The notes below the pieces were generated by a model that was not told the DNA's origin, did not search any database, and worked only from the letters and a program-made list of their open reading frames with translations. A stretch of DNA of 63,772 nucleotides, counting the filler, from Octopus bimaculoides (lineage: Eukaryota), in assembly GCF_001194135.2 (NCBI RefSeq). It is 6 parts of 6 records of this genome, joined end to end, with 100 filler letters (N's around TTAATTAATTAA, not from the genome) between each part and the next. Parts side by side here need not be neighbours in the genome. Positions count along the whole stretch, not along the records: positions 1 to 14,757 come from NC_069000.1; positions 14,858 to 29,639 come from NC_068996.1; 4 more parts are not named here. One strand, given 5' to 3'. Of this stretch, positions 14,249 through 25,519 are shown in pieces (position 1 is the first letter of the stretch; each line of letters begins with the position of its first letter). Both the position numbers and the translations under genes were made by a program.

Positions 14249-14385
14249 ATACAAGCATACACACACACAAACAGATGAATGAACAAGCAAATACAGTATT
14301 ACTCAATACATTTAGTTGTATGTATTTAATAACAGTTCAAACTATTTATATATATATATATAGTGTATATATACATATACATACA

Positions 14386-14421
<36 letters not shown>

Positions 14422-14685
14422 TGGAAACCTTCATGAGATAATTCTTTGACTGTTGTTAATACATCTTAGAGATTAATTAAATTCTTCTTACAGTCACCCC
14501 AGCCCCTTATTTTTCTTCTTGTTTACCAAACTAACCTCCATGCTGTTAGCCTCCATGCTGCCTCCTCTCGGTTGAGGGGGATCTTCAGATATTGTGCTAA
14601 ATATCAATAATTTTTATGTTCCCAGTTTTGTCCCCATTGTTGACATACTAAACATCAGTAGGTGCTATTGTTTCAACTGTAAACT

Positions 14686-14757
<72 letters not shown>

Positions 14758-14801
14758 NNNNNNNNNNNNNNNNNNNNNNNNNNNNNNNNNNNNNNNNNNN
14801 N

Positions 14802-14813
14802 TTAATTAATTAA
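14802..14813. other. Assembly linker TTAATTAATTAA (six-frame stop) in a 100-bp gap; also at 29684, 49872, 54463 and 62564
   Basis: Identical 12-mer centred in 44 N + 44 N at five sites. Confidence 0.95.
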
Positions 14814-14857
14814 NNNNNNNNNNNNNNNNNNNNNNNNNNNNNNNNNNNNNNNNNNNN

Positions 14858-14911
<54 letters not shown>

Positions 14912-14992
14912 CACACACACACATGTATATCTGAATATATATATATATATATATATGTATGCATACACACACACATATATATATATCTATAC

Positions 14993-16245
14993 CATCATCA
15001 TCATTTAACCTCCACTTTCCATGCTGGTATGGGTCAGACAGTTTGACTGAGGACTGTCAAGCCAGGAAGCTGCACCAAGCTCTAATTCAATCTAGCAATG
15101 TTTCTACAGCTGGATGCCCTTCCTAATGCTGACCACTCCAAGAGTGTAGTGGGTGCTTTTTATGTGCCACTGGCATGGGAACCAGTCAGGCAGCACTGGC
15201 AATGACCATGCTCAAATGGTGCTTTTTACGTGCCACTGGCATGGGAGCCAGTCAGGCAGCACTGGCATTGACTGCTTTTTACATGCCACCAGCACTGGCC
15301 TCCACCATGCTTGTATGGTGCTTTTTATGTGCCACTGGTACGGGTGTCAATCAGGTGGCACTGGCATTGGCCATGACTATGATTTCATTTGACTCAACAA
15401 GTCTTCTCAAGCTCAGCATATTGCCTGACAATTGGAAGGTACCTGTAAATGGGCCAGTTATGTGACACTGACATCAGCTACGGCTATGATCTCACTTGGC
15501 TTGCTAGGCCTTCTCAAACACAGCATATCTCCATAGGTCTTGGTCACTCGTCATTGCCTCTGCGAGGCCCAATGTTCATAGGTCTTGCTTCACCACCTCA
15601 TCCTATGTCTTCCTGGGTCTACCCCTTCCACAGGTTCCCTTCACTGTTAGGGTGTGACACTTCTTTACACAGCTGTCCTCATCCATACACAACATATGAC
15701 CATACTAGCGCAGTCATCTCCTTTGCATACTACATCTGATGCTTCTTATGTCCAACTTTTCTCTCAGGGTGCTTACACTCTGTCGTGTATGCACACTGAC
15801 ATTACACATCCAGCGGAGCACACTAGTTTCATTTTGTTCAAGCCTACACATGTCCTCAGCAGTTGCAGCCCATGTTTCACTGCCATATAGCATGGCTGTT
15901 CGCACACATGCAGTTTACTTTTCACTCTGAGCAAGAAGCCCTTTGTTACCAGCAGAGGTAGCAGCTCTTTGAACTTTGTCCAGGCTATTCTTATTCTAGC
16001 AGCTATACTCTCAGAGCATCTATCCTTGCTAATGACTTGGTCACCCAAGTAACAGAAACTATCAACTACTGGCATGAGAATGAATCTGTTTTCTGTACAT
16101 CTTCAGTGTTTATTGCCCCTGTGCATCTGCCACACATGAAAATTATTTTCCCAGTTAACCTTCATTTGATATTGCTGCACCTCTTATGTGTCCATAGCTT
16201 ACATCAGGTACATCTTATGTTGTTTCTACCTACACCTTTTCTATA
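14993..16245 (-). mobile_element. RTE-clade LINE 3' fragment with tandem-repeat 3' UTR and (GAT)n tail
   Basis: VDSFCYLGD..IAARIRIAWTKFKELLPLL; AMLYGSETW..VLRWMCNV..LREKL; 3' end ...CATGGAAAGTGGAGGTTAAATGATGATG. Confidence 0.88.
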
Positions 16246-16551
16246 GATCGCAAATTTTGATTCAAAGTGGTTTTAGATGATGATGATGAGGAGGAGGAGG
16301 ATGAAGATGATGATGATGATGATGAGGATGAAGATGATGATGATGATGATGATGATGATGATAATAATAATAATATTTTGGACTTATAGGTATGAGTTAG
16401 TGTGGAATAGAGCACTGGCACAGTTTGGGCTACTTGTTGTCATCTGCAGTTGTGGTATATTTCTGATGGATCTACTTCAGGAACTCCACAGTGTCAGTTG
16501 GGGAAATTATATTAAGTAATGAGAAGATGGATTTGGTATTAAACTTTATTC

Positions 16552-16654
16552 TGTACAATGTTTGTTTTGACCCATCTTGCTATTGTTCTTTATATGTGGG
16601 GCTCTGTTCAACATGTGTTGCATCCATTTTGCATTTTGGGTCTCATCAGGTACA
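16552..16654 (-). ncRNA. Decayed hammerhead motif (pseudo-LTR copy 2)
   Basis: TGTAC-CTGATGA-GACCC...GGGTC-AAAA-CAAACATT-GTACA; GAAA is mutated to AAAA. Confidence 0.5.
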
Positions 16655-17007
16655 TCCATAAAGTTGTGTCTCACTAAAGATCTTGGGTGTCAGCTGCCAT
16701 GTTGTTATATGTTTGTCTTGGTAGGGGATGAATAAAACGCAAACAAGACTACAGAAACACAAAAATTCAAATATGACAATAGAAATCTTGTCCTGTTTAG
16801 ATAAATTAACCTAATCAGCTTTTGCTTTCATAACTAATTAGAAGAAAAAGAAAGTAGAAGAAGAAAAGAAGAAAAAAAAAAGGAAAAATAGGAAAATTAA
16901 TACTTAGTCAAACAGTTTTGTGTACATATATATACATACATAGAGAGACGCACACACACATCTATATACCCTACACATGTTCATAGACATACTCTCACAC
17001 TTGTCTG

Positions 17008-17051
<44 letters not shown>

Positions 17052-17143
17052 TGAGGAGGGTAAAATTCTTCAACCTTACCTTTGCTCTCTTTATCTTTTT
17101 ATTTTTATATATTTACATATATATATTTCTAAGTCTCTCTAAA

Positions 17144-17432
17144 GGAGACTACGGCAGCGGTACTGGAAATTAATAGTTATCGCCAAGCCAACATGGCAGT
17201 CCCAAAATTAGGACGAAAGCTGCCGTGAATTAGCTCCAAGAAGCCATCGCCTCTAGCTAGCTATGTGACACACGAACCTGTGTCCTTTATAACCTTCGAA
17301 CAGGGGAGGTCAGCAGTGTCCCCCTGCTGGTTTGGCATCTGCAGACTAGACTAGTTTCAGGGTGTTGCCCCTTGTCAATGCAGAGTAGCCAAGCCTTAGC
17401 CAGGCGGCGCTGCTGACTATCTGCTCGAAGGT

Positions 17433-17433
<1 letters not shown>
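17144..17433. other. GC-rich, highly structured ~290-bp element between TA microsatellites
   Basis: Domain 1: ACGGCAGC/GCTGCCGT stem closing GCCA/TGGC and GTCC/GGAC hairpins plus GAAA. Domain 2: 17291-17433 imperfect hairpin with termini AACCTTCGA/TCGAAGGTT. Confidence 0.55.
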
Positions 17434-17476
<43 letters not shown>

Positions 17477-17638
17477 CATGTGTTTTACACATATATACAT
17501 ATACGTACACATGCTCACACCAACATATACCTTCCTACACATACACAAAGACATATGCATGTGCCTACATATACATGTGCAACACCCACACATACACATA
17601 CATGTGCATATGCAGACATAAACCCATACACAGGCACA

Positions 17639-17669
<31 letters not shown>

Positions 17670-18650
17670 CATCATCATCATCGTCGTTATGCATATCTGT
17701 ACATGTGCACAAACAGACATGTATGCATTTAGACAAGCCTGCCTTCCCTTTTAGATTTACGCATGTCCACTTCTCCATGCATCCCTCAAGCTTGCTAGTG
17801 TTTGTTGGTACATTTTACTTATATGCATCTCCATTGTAAGGTTACATGTCTAAATACAAGTAGCATTCACATGCAGCCCTTCCTTGGTATAGGTTCCATG
17901 GTTGCAGTTCATGAGGTTTTAACTTGTGATGGTAGGGGTTAGGATTAATCTGAATTGTTGGTGAGGTGTGGTTTATTTTGTAGTGTGTGAACGTGAGTTT
18001 AGCAGTATGCATGCATCAGAGTAGTCATTCAGTAAATCTGTTTATAAGCTGCCCCTTTGTTAATAATATTGACAGTGACTCCTTGGAATATAGCTGGCAT
18101 TTCTGGGATAGTGTATTATAGGAACTCACATGTTTAATTATTGACCAGGTTGTATTTTGCCTTCTCTTCCTTGAGTTGCCAGATGAAATTGGCCAATGAT
18201 GCTGTGTACCGTTTAAGGATTTTTTGAAAGTTGATGATGTGGTTGAAATACCAATTTTTGAAATTAGCAGCTGATGCACTGATATATATGTAGGAGCCTC
18301 CTCTAGTATTTATGGTGTACTTGTACACCACATTTTGGGTCATGCATTGTTTGTCCAGAGGGCATTTCAATTGGTCCCTGCATGAACATACTTGGTCAGT
18401 TTTTTTGTTTGCATGTGTGCTGCCATTACCAGTCCAATGGGTTCTATTTATATTATTGCTTGTGGTTAGCCTATTATTATTTTTATTATTCATGAAAGCG
18501 ATAGCTGATTGGGTCATTTTATCTAAACAGGACACAAGATTTCTATGCATTTTATTCATTCTATGCATTTTATTCATTCCCTAACTAGATAAGCATATAA
18601 CAACATGGCAGCCGATACTGAAGATCTTTAGTGAGACACAACGTTATGGA

Positions 18651-18756
18651 TGTACCTGATGAGACTCAGACTGCAAAATGGACACAACACAACATGCTGA
18701 ACAGAGTCCAACACATAAAGGACAATAGCAAGATGGGTTGAAACAAACATTGTACA
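18651..18756 (+). ncRNA. Type I hammerhead motif with long stem II insert (pseudo-LTR copy 1)
   Basis: TGTAC-CTGATGA-GACTC...(~67 nt)...GGGTT-GAAA-CAAACA-TT-GTACA, followed by AATAAA. Stem III is weak. Confidence 0.55.
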
Positions 18757-18803
18757 AAATAAAGTTTAATACCAAATCCATCTTCTAGTTACTTAATTAA
18801 TAT

Positions 18804-18842
<39 letters not shown>

Positions 18843-19194
18843 TGCTTGCTTGAATGTTTAAATTCTGCACTTCGTATCAAAAAGCAGTGAGCTACAGAGG
18901 GTAAGAAATCTGTTGGCATTCACTGTAAGCAAATTGTCCACTGGCTCTGTACTTTTGAAGTGGTGTAGTATGAAACCCTTCTTATTTGAAAACAGGGAAG
19001 GGTTAGGGTTTGACAATGAAGCAATACCTCAGTGATATGTTTTAATGTGAAAAATACATATAGCTCTAAATAGTATTATTTCATTTCTTACAGGACATGT
19101 TATTGTTTATATCATTGCACAACAAAATAAACATATAAAAGTCACACACACACACAAATAATCAGAGAACTCAACAATTAATATATGATTGTAC

Positions 19195-19353
19195 CTGTAA
19201 AACAGCATTGCAAAATTCTAAGGAGTTTAGAAAAAGCATCAAATCAGGAATATCTTTGCAGTCTTCTAGCGTCAAGCAATACCAGTCTTCATTGGTTATT
19301 GTTATTTTGCGTGGCAAGGAAGAAAACAGTCCACTTAGCCCTGTTGCCAGAAC
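19195..19353 (-). CDS. FHIP1: Second coding exon of the FHIP1/FAM160A-family gene
   Basis: 159 nt, phase 0-0, acceptor ttcttaag|GTT, donor CAG|gtacaa. Encodes VLATGLSGLFSSLPRKITITNEDWYCLTLEDCKDIPDLMLFLNSLEFCNAVLQ, the conserved continuation of CP-VLATGLS..SSLPRK..SLEFCNAV.Q. Confidence 0.92.
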
Positions 19354-19570
19354 CTTAAGAAAGCAATACATTTTAATTAGTAAGAATTTCAAACTGATCA
19401 TTAAAAAAAAAAAAAACAATAAAAAAAAGCAAGCAAATGTGTAGAAAAATAGCAAAACAATTCATATAAATAACTATAAGTAGGTTTCTTTTATAGGAAC
19501 AAACTATGGGAATATAAAGCAAAAATGAACTATTAGAAAAGGAATAAACACACATATTTGTGTGTATATC

Positions 19571-20392
19571 TGAGTAAATATTCATATAGATATTATTATA
19601 ATTATTATTATCAGCAGTAAATATAAATAATTGATAATAACAACAACAATAATATTAGAGGCCAGCAAGCAATAATAGTGTTAAATTGCTATACAATAAA
19701 AATTATAATTATAACAGAGGGTACATGAAACACCAGCTTGCTAGGTATAAAAGCTAAAAACCTCAAATAAGCTACCAATCACACTGAAAAACACAATGGA
19801 CCAGCAGAAATCAGGCAAATGAACAAAAATTTAAGAAACTAGGCTTAAAGCTGTAGAATTTCAGCAATCTGGTGCTTCATGTACTGTCTAATATAATTAT
19901 AATTTTCATTGTATAGCAATTTCATGCTATTGCTGGTAGCTGACCACTAATATTATTGTTGTTGTTGTTATAACCAATTATTTATATTTGCTGCTGATAA
20001 TAATAATAAAAATAATATCTATATGAATATTCATTTGAATATTTACTCATTTATATATATATATATATATATATATACTATGTAATGAAATTGTTTTGAA
20101 TTTGGTGTGGAGCTATTTAATGCATAATGGATTCAGAGAGGCAAGTTGGATTTTTCATATTGGGTATTGTAAGACTTGCTGAAGAGAATTAAAGCATAGC
20201 CCAGAATTCAAAATCATGACCCAGGTATATCGATTACCTAATTCTACAGCTTTTAGCCAAGTTTCTTAAATTTTTGTTCATTTGCCTGATTTCTGCTGGT
20301 CCATTATGTTTTTCAGTGTGATTGGTGGCTTATTTGAGGTTTTTAGCTTTTATATCTAGCAAGGTAGTGTTTTATGTACCCTCTATTATAAT
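19571..20392. repeat. Nested inverted repeats with an HHR relic, in FHIP1 intron 1
   Basis: 19571-19736 is inverted at 19869-20049. 19705-19860 is inverted at 20240-20392, running into a gap. HHR relic at 20174-20226: ACTTG-CTGAAGA-GAATT..AATTC-AAAA-TCATGAC-C-CAGGT. Confidence 0.85.
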
Positions 20393-21201
20393 NNNNNNNN
20401 NNNNNNNNNNNNNNNNNNNNNNNNNNNNNNNNNNNNNNNNNNNNNNNNNNNNNNNNNNNNNNNNNNNNNNNNNNNNNNNNNNNNNNNNNNNNNNNNNNNN
20501 NNNNNNNNNNNNNNNNNNNNNNNNNNNNNNNNNNNNNNNNNNNNNNNNNNNNNNNNNNNNNNNNNNNNNNNNNNNNNNNNNNNNNNNNNNNNNNNNNNNN
20601 NNNNNNNNNNNNNNNNNNNNNNNNNNNNNNNNNNNNNNNNNNNNNNNNNNNNNNNNNNNNNNNNNNNNNNNNNNNNNNNNNNNNNNNNNNNNNNNNNNNN
20701 NNNNNNNNNNNNNNNNNNNNNNNNNNNNNNNNNNNNNNNNNNNNNNNNNNNNNNNNNNNNNNNNNNNNNNNNNNNNNNNNNNNNNNNNNNNNNNNNNNNN
20801 NNNNNNNNNNNNNNNNNNNNNNNNNNNNNNNNNNNNNNNNNNNNNNNNNNNNNNNNNNNNNNNNNNNNNNNNNNNNNNNNNNNNNNNNNNNNNNNNNNNN
20901 NNNNNNNNNNNNNNNNNNNNNNNNNNNNNNNNNNNNNNNNNNNNNNNNNNNNNNNNNNNNNNNNNNNNNNNNNNNNNNNNNNNNNNNNNNNNNNNNNNNN
21001 NNNNNNNNNNNNNNNNNNNNNNNNNNNNNNNNNNNNNNNNNNNNNNNNNNNNNNNNNNNNNNNNNNNNNNNNNNNNNNNNNNNNNNNNNNNNNNNNNNNN
21101 NNNNNNNNNNNNNNNNNNNNNNNNNNNNNNNNNNNNNNNNNNNNNNNNNNNNNNNTTTTCTTCGTTTTATTTGCTTTTTTCTTTTTAAATTTGCTGTTTT
21201 A

Positions 21202-21224
21202 CCCTAACCCTAACCCTAACCCTA
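21202..21224. repeat. Short (CCCTAA)n telomere-like tract
   Basis: About 3.8 perfect units. Confidence 0.7.
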
Positions 21225-22247
21225 TCACCGATAGAATTGTTTCAGAATCGTTTGTTTATGTAGTCGGCACTTTATGTATATCGGCTGAATGGACGTCAGT
21301 GATTGGTTGAAATTACAGAAATACGACAACTTTAACATGGAATAACTTAGGGATTTCTTTTTTTTTTAAGAAGACTAAGAGAAAAAGATGTTTTATATGA
21401 CACATTCTACCAGTGTTCCAAGTTTCAAAGTGTTTCGTAAATGAAAAATGTGGCCCCCCCCCCCGTTTTAAAAAAGATCCATATATACAAATATATATGC
21501 ACACATATACACACACCATCCTACCAAATATAAAACACACATAGACCCATATACACATGCCACAATAAACTCTGGGACCAATCAAAAAACGACCCACACA
21601 CACAAACATATGTATATACACACAGACACATAGAGACGTGCACAGAGACAAACACACTCACATCATTCTGACCTCTAAGACCAGTCCCCAAAACCACTGA
21701 ACCATGACAGATTAGCCCAGAAACAAAAAAATCCTTTTAATTCCACATTGCTCTTCCTTCCCCCCACTCCAACCAACCTCCCACACTGTCCCTTAAAATA
21801 GCAAATATTCCTTAGCTACACACAAGACAGAAAAAATGCCAAAAAGACAGGTCAGTTCCTCTCCAATTTTTTCTAAATTCTTAAATATATCTCCTTCTGT
21901 GTATATATATACTACCAAAGAAACATGATTTTTATTGAATTCCTAATACTTTGGTTGAAATACTTTCTTGTAAACTGTTTTTAACATTTCTTATTATTAT
22001 CAAAGAATGTGTATATGTATTTTAATACTTTTGTGACAACCAGTGCTTAACACCACAAAGCTTTACATTTTTACTTTTGACAATCTTTTTCTAAAAAAGT
22101 GAAACAGGTCAAGTGAATAAACTTGTTTAAAATTGCATTTTCAAACCTTCTTTCATATATATTTTCACTCATGCAGTATCTTACAAATTTATTTTGTTAT
22201 AGTTCTATGTGTGTGTGTATGTGTGTGTGTATATATATACACACACA

Positions 22248-22396
22248 CATCATCATCATCATCGTTTAACGTCTGCTTTCCATGCTAGCATGGGTTGGAC
22301 GATTTGACTGAGGACTGGTGAAACCCGATGGCAACACCAGGCTCCAATCTGATTTGGCAGAGTTTCTACAGCTGGATGCCCTTCCTAACGCCAACC
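22248..22396 (-). mobile_element. Family-B (RTE-tail) element in FHIP1 intron 1
   Basis: Near-identical to 54600-54750. Confidence 0.85.
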
Positions 22397-22749
22397 ATAT
22401 ATATACATATATAAATACATACACACACACACACATATATGTATGTATTATATATATATATATACACATATATAAATATATACATATATATCTATATATA
22501 TATATATGTGTATGTATATATATACATATATAAATACATACACACACACACACACATATATATTTTCTTCATACATGTTCGTTGGACGTACATCCTGCCA
22601 TTGGAACCAATCACACTAAACTTCGATTCATCACTAAAATGAACCTGTGACTACTGTTCTTCTGTCCAAATGACATGTTCATGAGTGAAATCGAGACAGG
22701 ATCTTTGATTTTTCTTGGAGATCAGAAGTTTCTTTGCTGGTGCCCAAGT

Positions 22750-22894
22750 AAGCAGCAAAAATATCACAAAAACTGTTACTCAGAGTTTCACGTTTCCGTT
22801 CGTTGGACAGTTTCGTTTTGATTCTAAACAAAACTGTCCAACGAATGGGAATGTAAAACTCTGAGTAACAGTTTTTGTGATATTTTTGCTGCTT
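22750..22894. repeat. 64-bp inverted repeat with 17-nt loop (palindromic MITE-like element) in FHIP1 intron 1
   Basis: Arms 22750-22813 and 22831-22894; four mismatches, all transitions. Confidence 0.9.
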
Positions 22895-22976
22895 TTTAAT
22901 AAAGCATATTATTCTACCTCTGGTATTCAAGTACTATTTTTTTCCACCTTGTTTCACATTTATGTGCTTACTCAGG

Positions 22977-23008
<32 letters not shown>

Positions 23009-23530
23009 TACATATTTCCTCTCTCTCTCTCTCTCCCTTACCCCTGCATGGTCACAAGCTTCCGGTCACTAATCCTTTTCTTCCTTGGCTATCGCCGAGC
23101 AAACACGCGAACTTACTTCGTCCCCACTTTCAAGTTCGTGCCTCACAGCGTTCATATACACATAATTTTTCACGTCTGGCCGCATTGCCTTTTCCATTTG
23201 TTTTCCTGTCTTGTTTTTTGTCCGCCACTACATTCCTCCATGGCACAGGTTTAATTTGTGTATACAAATTTAATTTGCGTTCCATGGGGAGAGCCGTTTT
23301 AACGATACGTCCTACCCAACTCTTCGAAACGCCGGTGTTATAATGGGGGTAGCTGATGAAGTAAAATGTTCTCTATGTGGCTTGTGTGTTTTCTGTACTC
23401 TGGTTATTATTATTTTCTTGTCTATGTTTTGTTTGCAATGTCCTGTACCCAGATATGCACCTATATATACAGGTAGACGTAGGTATGCACATACCTGTAC
23501 GTATATATGCATATACTCATTTATTATTTG

Positions 23531-23561
<31 letters not shown>

Positions 23562-23650
23562 GGAGAGAGAAAAAGAGAATATATATAATAAAGAAAAATG
23601 TTTAAAATATAATAGTGTAACAAAAATAAAATATGTAAAATCATACTTAC

Positions 23651-24424
23651 TGGACAGTAGTCGCTTATGTATCTGCCAATGTGTGGGTATTTATTGGACA
23701 AAGCCATAATTAAAAGGAGAGCTTCACGTGCCTGCTGACCAACCCTTCCATCTCGATGGATGTATAGGATTAAAGAGAATATCAGACATTCAGCTGGCAC
23801 TTTTCCTTCATCCATTGAGAAAAATGTTTCCAGTGTAGATGTCTGCTGTGAAATGCAAAGGCAGATTTGATGCAATACCTGAGCTAAGAGCTCCTCTACT
23901 TCTTTTGATTTTAGATATTGAGTACATGACGAAAGCAGCGTCATCAAAGGATGTACGATTGCTTTGTGTATGAGAAGTAGCTGCTCAGAGTGAGCTATTA
24001 GATGATAGAAGATTTTCAGTTGCTCACATATCAATTTTTCTTCCAGTTCATGAATCTGTCCACACCATTGACTAAACTTTTCAAAAGTGTTATCTTTTAT
24101 GACTAGTACAAGAATAGGTCCTGGTCGTCCTTGGTGGTGGTCATCATCGTAGCTTTCTTCACCGGCAAGAAGTGTCATCATTTGTTCGAAGTTATGCATC
24201 ACGGTCTCAACCTCATCCATGCTATACAGTTCTTTTAATAAGCCATCTGCATCTTCTATCACCATCCATGCTTGCTTCCAGTGGTTTTGGAAAACTTCAA
24301 GGCATGTTGCAGGGTCAGTTTCTCGTCGAGGATGCATTTCAGGAAAGCCATACTCATCTTTGTTTCCAGGTGGAAATGGTCGGGCTTCCTGCTTATTGTT
24401 ACTGGTACGTTTAAACCAGTTCAT
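23651..24424 (-). CDS. FHIP1: First coding exon of a FHIP1/FAM160A-family (FTS and Hook-interacting) protein, N-terminal RAI16-like domain
   Basis: 258 codons from ATG at 24424 (MNWFKR...DPATCLEVFQNHWKQ...EQLKIF...LHQICLCISQ...LIFSLILYIHRDGRVGQQAREALLLIMALS...GRYISDYCP). These match FHIP1 motifs as I recall them (DPETCLMVFKNHW, HREGxxGQQARDALLL). Donor CCA|GTAAGT at 23650. The ORF-track start at 24439 is a GTG. A candidate acceptor TTTCAG at 24486 implies an upstream non-coding exon. Confidence 0.9.
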
Positions 24425-24735
24425 TATGATAGAATCCACTGGAAACCCAGTGTTTCTAATTCTTCAAGCAAAACATAGTTGATATCTGAAATAGATAATA
24501 ATAATAACAATGATAATAATAATAATAATAATAATAACAATAATAATAATAACAATAACAATACCACAGTGAATACCAAACACCATGGATATGTGACAGT
24601 GAGCTGCTAGGAAGATAGAACAAATATGAAACCATCATGAAGCAGGAATTAAGAATCCACAACAATGAGAGAAAACAATGTCTTAATGTAAATGATCTCT
24701 GGAAACTGAAAGATTTTTGTTATATGGAGTATATA

Positions 24736-25131
24736 CTCTTTTACTTGTTTCAGTCATTTGACTGTGGCCATGCTGGAGCACCACCTTTAGTCAAGGAAAT
24801 TGACCCCAGGACTTATTCTTTGTAAGCCTAGTACTTACTCTATTGGTCTCTTTTGCCAAACCGCTAAGTTACGGGGATGTAAACTCACCAGCATCGGTTG
24901 TCAAGCGATGCTGGAGGGACAAACACAGACACAAACACACACACACATATATATATACATATATATACGACGGGTTTCTTTCAGTTTCTGTCTACCAAAT
25001 CCACTCATAAGGCTTTGGTCGGCCCAAGGCTATAGTAGAAGACACTTGCCCAAGGTGCCACACAGTGGGACTGAACCCAGAACCATGTGGTTGGTAAGCA
25101 AGCTACTTACCACACAGCCACTCCTGCACCT
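24736..25131 (-). mobile_element. SINE family A, full length
   Basis: Reverse complement of the head, CCTTGGGCAAGTGTCTTC core and tail seen in the other copies. Confidence 0.9.
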
Positions 25132-25519
25132 ATATATATACAAAAAAATAGCTTCCTCTTAGACAGCAACATGTGCATAAAAATGTAAATGCTGCAATAT
25201 TTTTATACGAAAACTGCAAACCTGTGAGAAAAATTTTTTAATTTTAAGTTTTAATTACATGTACATTCATATTTATATAAGAACTCTCTATATATGCACA
25301 TTGTTATTTCTTCTCAGTGTCTTACTGATACACCAATAATAATTATAACTATGAAAGAAACATCAACACATGTCCATGGGTGATGTTCAGTTAAAAAAGT
25401 AAACACTGTAAAAATTGAACCTGTAACAAAATCAACCAAAACAGAAAGAACAGTGGATAGATAACCATAAATACTATGAAAGCTGATTTATGATTTACAC
25501 ACACTACTACACAACACTC

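Larger units (their letters stand above)
16511..18797 (-). mobile_element. Penelope-like element relic: GIY-YIG fragment between inverted HHR-bearing pseudo-LTRs
   Basis: 16511-16741 and 18564-18797 are ~230-bp inverted repeats. 18025-18540 (-) encodes frameshifted CSCRDQLKCPLDKQCMTQNVVYK..YISAS..NFKNWYFNH..LANFIWQLKE..WSIIK, typical of a PLE GIY-YIG endonuclease. Confidence 0.85.

Noticed and set aside
14802-14813. Repeated palindrome TTAATTAATTAA at five sites
   Set aside because: Always centred in 100-bp N gaps; assembly linker with stops in six frames.
18545-18578. MNKMHR x2 start of ORF 18134..18577
   Set aside because: Created by a 17-bp tandem duplication at the pseudo-LTR junction; not a true start.
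21202-21224. Interstitial telomere
   Set aside because: Under four units; more likely part of a dispersed repeat.
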